A stretch of DNA of 64,000 nucleotides from Monocercomonoides exilis PA203 (lineage: Eukaryota; Protista; Preaxostyla), in assembly GCA_001643675.2 (NCBI GenBank), contig LSRY02000022.1, forward strand, positions 1,240,001-1,304,000, in the 5' to 3' direction. The position numbers and the translations under genes are program-made. Below, piece after piece: positions 62,111 to 64,000 of this stretch. How positions within the stretch are numbered: the stretch's first letter is position 1; every line of letters begins with the position of its first letter. The notes below the pieces were generated by a model. That model was not told the origin of the DNA and did no database searches. It worked only from the letters and a program-made list of their open reading frames with translations.

Positions 62111-64000
62111 GAAAAGCAACAGGAACAGGATATGAGCAGTATTGGAAGCAAAAAAAAAACACGATTCTATTATTCGTCATGTTTGATAACCATCAATATT
62201 TTTGATTTTGTATTTCCATTTGTAGTCATCTTTAACTCATTTTTGCAAATGGGTTCTCTTTTTTGTTTTCTTTTTGATTTGTTCTCCAATTCAATAATGT
62301 ATTTCATCCAAAAGCCCACATCACTTGATTTAAAAAAGAACTTATATTGGGCAATGAAAATGAAAAACAAGATGGAAAATGGCTGATCATTCACAAGGAC
62401 ACAACTCTAACAATTGCATTTTTTCGAGCTTTTTTTCTTAAGTTCTATTACAATTTCAATTCCATTTCGTTTTTGAGATGGAACTTCACTCAATTGTGAA
62501 AAAGAATATCATTTGTTTGAAAAAGATTGATAAATTGTCTGGACAATGTTCAATAGTAAGCTCTGTTTCATCAGGCTTCAGAGTTCCTCTGAAGATTGTG
62601 GTATTTGTCTTATCTTCACAAATAATGCATTCATATTTTGAATGGATTCATCAAAGGTTAATTCATAACATTTGGACACAATCACAGAAGAATTCAAGAA
62701 AATTTCACCAAGTTGAACTTGCATTATCGTCAAGTCAAACCACCTGTCAGTCAAGAAAATTCTCATATAATATCTCAAGAAAAAACCTAAGAACAAAAGT
62801 ATTTTCGTTTATTCAAAATCGAGATTGCCACCATTTCCACAACAATTGGATTTTTCAATTAATATCAGATTGAAAGAAATTAAAATCAATCGGAATTCTT
62901 GCAAGTGTGAATGTTGTTAAAAAAGAAATAATATTCAATTCATCTTTCATTGAAAGTTCGAAACTGAACAAACTTGAACACTTCAAGATTTCACTTTTTT
63001 AATTTAAGTTCTCAAAGAAAAATGAACAAAAAGGATTCAGACTGAATATGAAACAAAGGATGTGCAAATTGATTAAGATGATGAATGAAAAAAGAGACTT
63101 TTTATATATTAACAATCAACAAGACCATCAAAACGAAAGAAGAATTTTTTTGTTGAAGATTAATGAAAGATAAGTTAGCACACAAACACATTTTCATTAC
63201 CGAATCAGTTATTTTAAGAATAATTGATCACAATGAACAAAGAAGGTTCATGATACAGAATAATAACACACTCTCAATTTTCACACAAATCGCTTGATGA
63301 AGAAGATAGAAGGAAGGGAAAAATTCATCTTTCAAACTTTTTTTTTTCAATATTGCTATCAAAAGATCAGGATTTATTTTGATACTGTGCTGAAAAGTGG
63401 AGAAGTGCAAGATAAACGGAAAAATGAAGATGAAGCAAAATATGGTTTTTTTCAATTTCCAGGAACAATTAAAGACACTTTTTAAATGAATAATTGAAAG
63501 ACGAATTGAATGAATCTTGATGATCATTGGATTGGTTGAAAGTGATTTTTCAAACCGTTTTTAATTTATGAACGAAAAACCACATATGGGAGGCTAAGAT
63601 TGTCCTGAATGAACTTATATAGGGTCAGTTATTTATCGGGACACTTTTTTTTAATAAAAACCTTGTTTTTTTTATTTTTGAAAAAAATTAAAAAAAAACA
63701 CAAATGACAAATCCAATTTATGTATAACTTTTCTTTTTTTTTTTCCTTTCAATTTCATTGATTTTTTCCTGTTCATTTTCATGATCATCTTCTTTCACTT
63801 CATATTTTCTCTTTATTTTTTCATTTCAACCAAAGACTCTGATACACTATCGTCTTTTTGATCTGCTTTTTTCATTTCTTCTTAGGAATTCTTTTCATCA
63901 TCAACTTTTTCTTCTTTTTCAGCTTTTTCTTCTTCTTTTATTCCTAAATGTTCACTCCAATCATTCAGAAGCTTCTCATCAGTTATTAACTTTCCATTGA

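Noticed and set aside
63000-63490. Possible remnant of another YHQEH family copy
   Set aside because: The diagnostic motifs are absent; similarity is compositional only.
1-64000. Alternative genetic code, tRNA/rRNA genes or CRISPR arrays
   Set aside because: Long genes end normally at TAA, TAG or TGA and have no systematic internal stops; no RNA-gene signatures or repeat-spacer arrays were recognised by eye.

Overview
Eukaryotic, AT-rich, intron-containing DNA read with the standard genetic code. Short (~60-110 nt) GT-AG introns, (TCT)n poly-Ser expansions and the expanded 'IKEIIKYHQEHxNLTRLAYQSAW' family suggest an oxymonad such as Monocercomonoides (inference; no search was run). Main contents: (1) a giant 5-exon IP3-receptor/ryanodine-receptor-family channel gene (330..20036, ~6472 aa after splicing) with a non-canonical pore filter and Ca2+ site; (2) an intronless 106-aa gene resembling the bacterial lactococcin 972 bacteriocin family; (3) six recognisable copies plus a decayed copy of a 3-exon lineage-specific gene family; (4) a decayed Merlin/ISXO2-like DNA transposon; (5) a TmcB-like multi-pass membrane protein ending in a degenerate hemerythrin domain; (6) a complete 6029-bp DIRS-type tyrosine-recombinase retrotransposon (non-identical ITRs, ICR, gag, RT-RNaseH-MT, overlapping YR). 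The element sits inside the coding sequence of a type I surface-protein gene, and its precise removal restores the reading frame.
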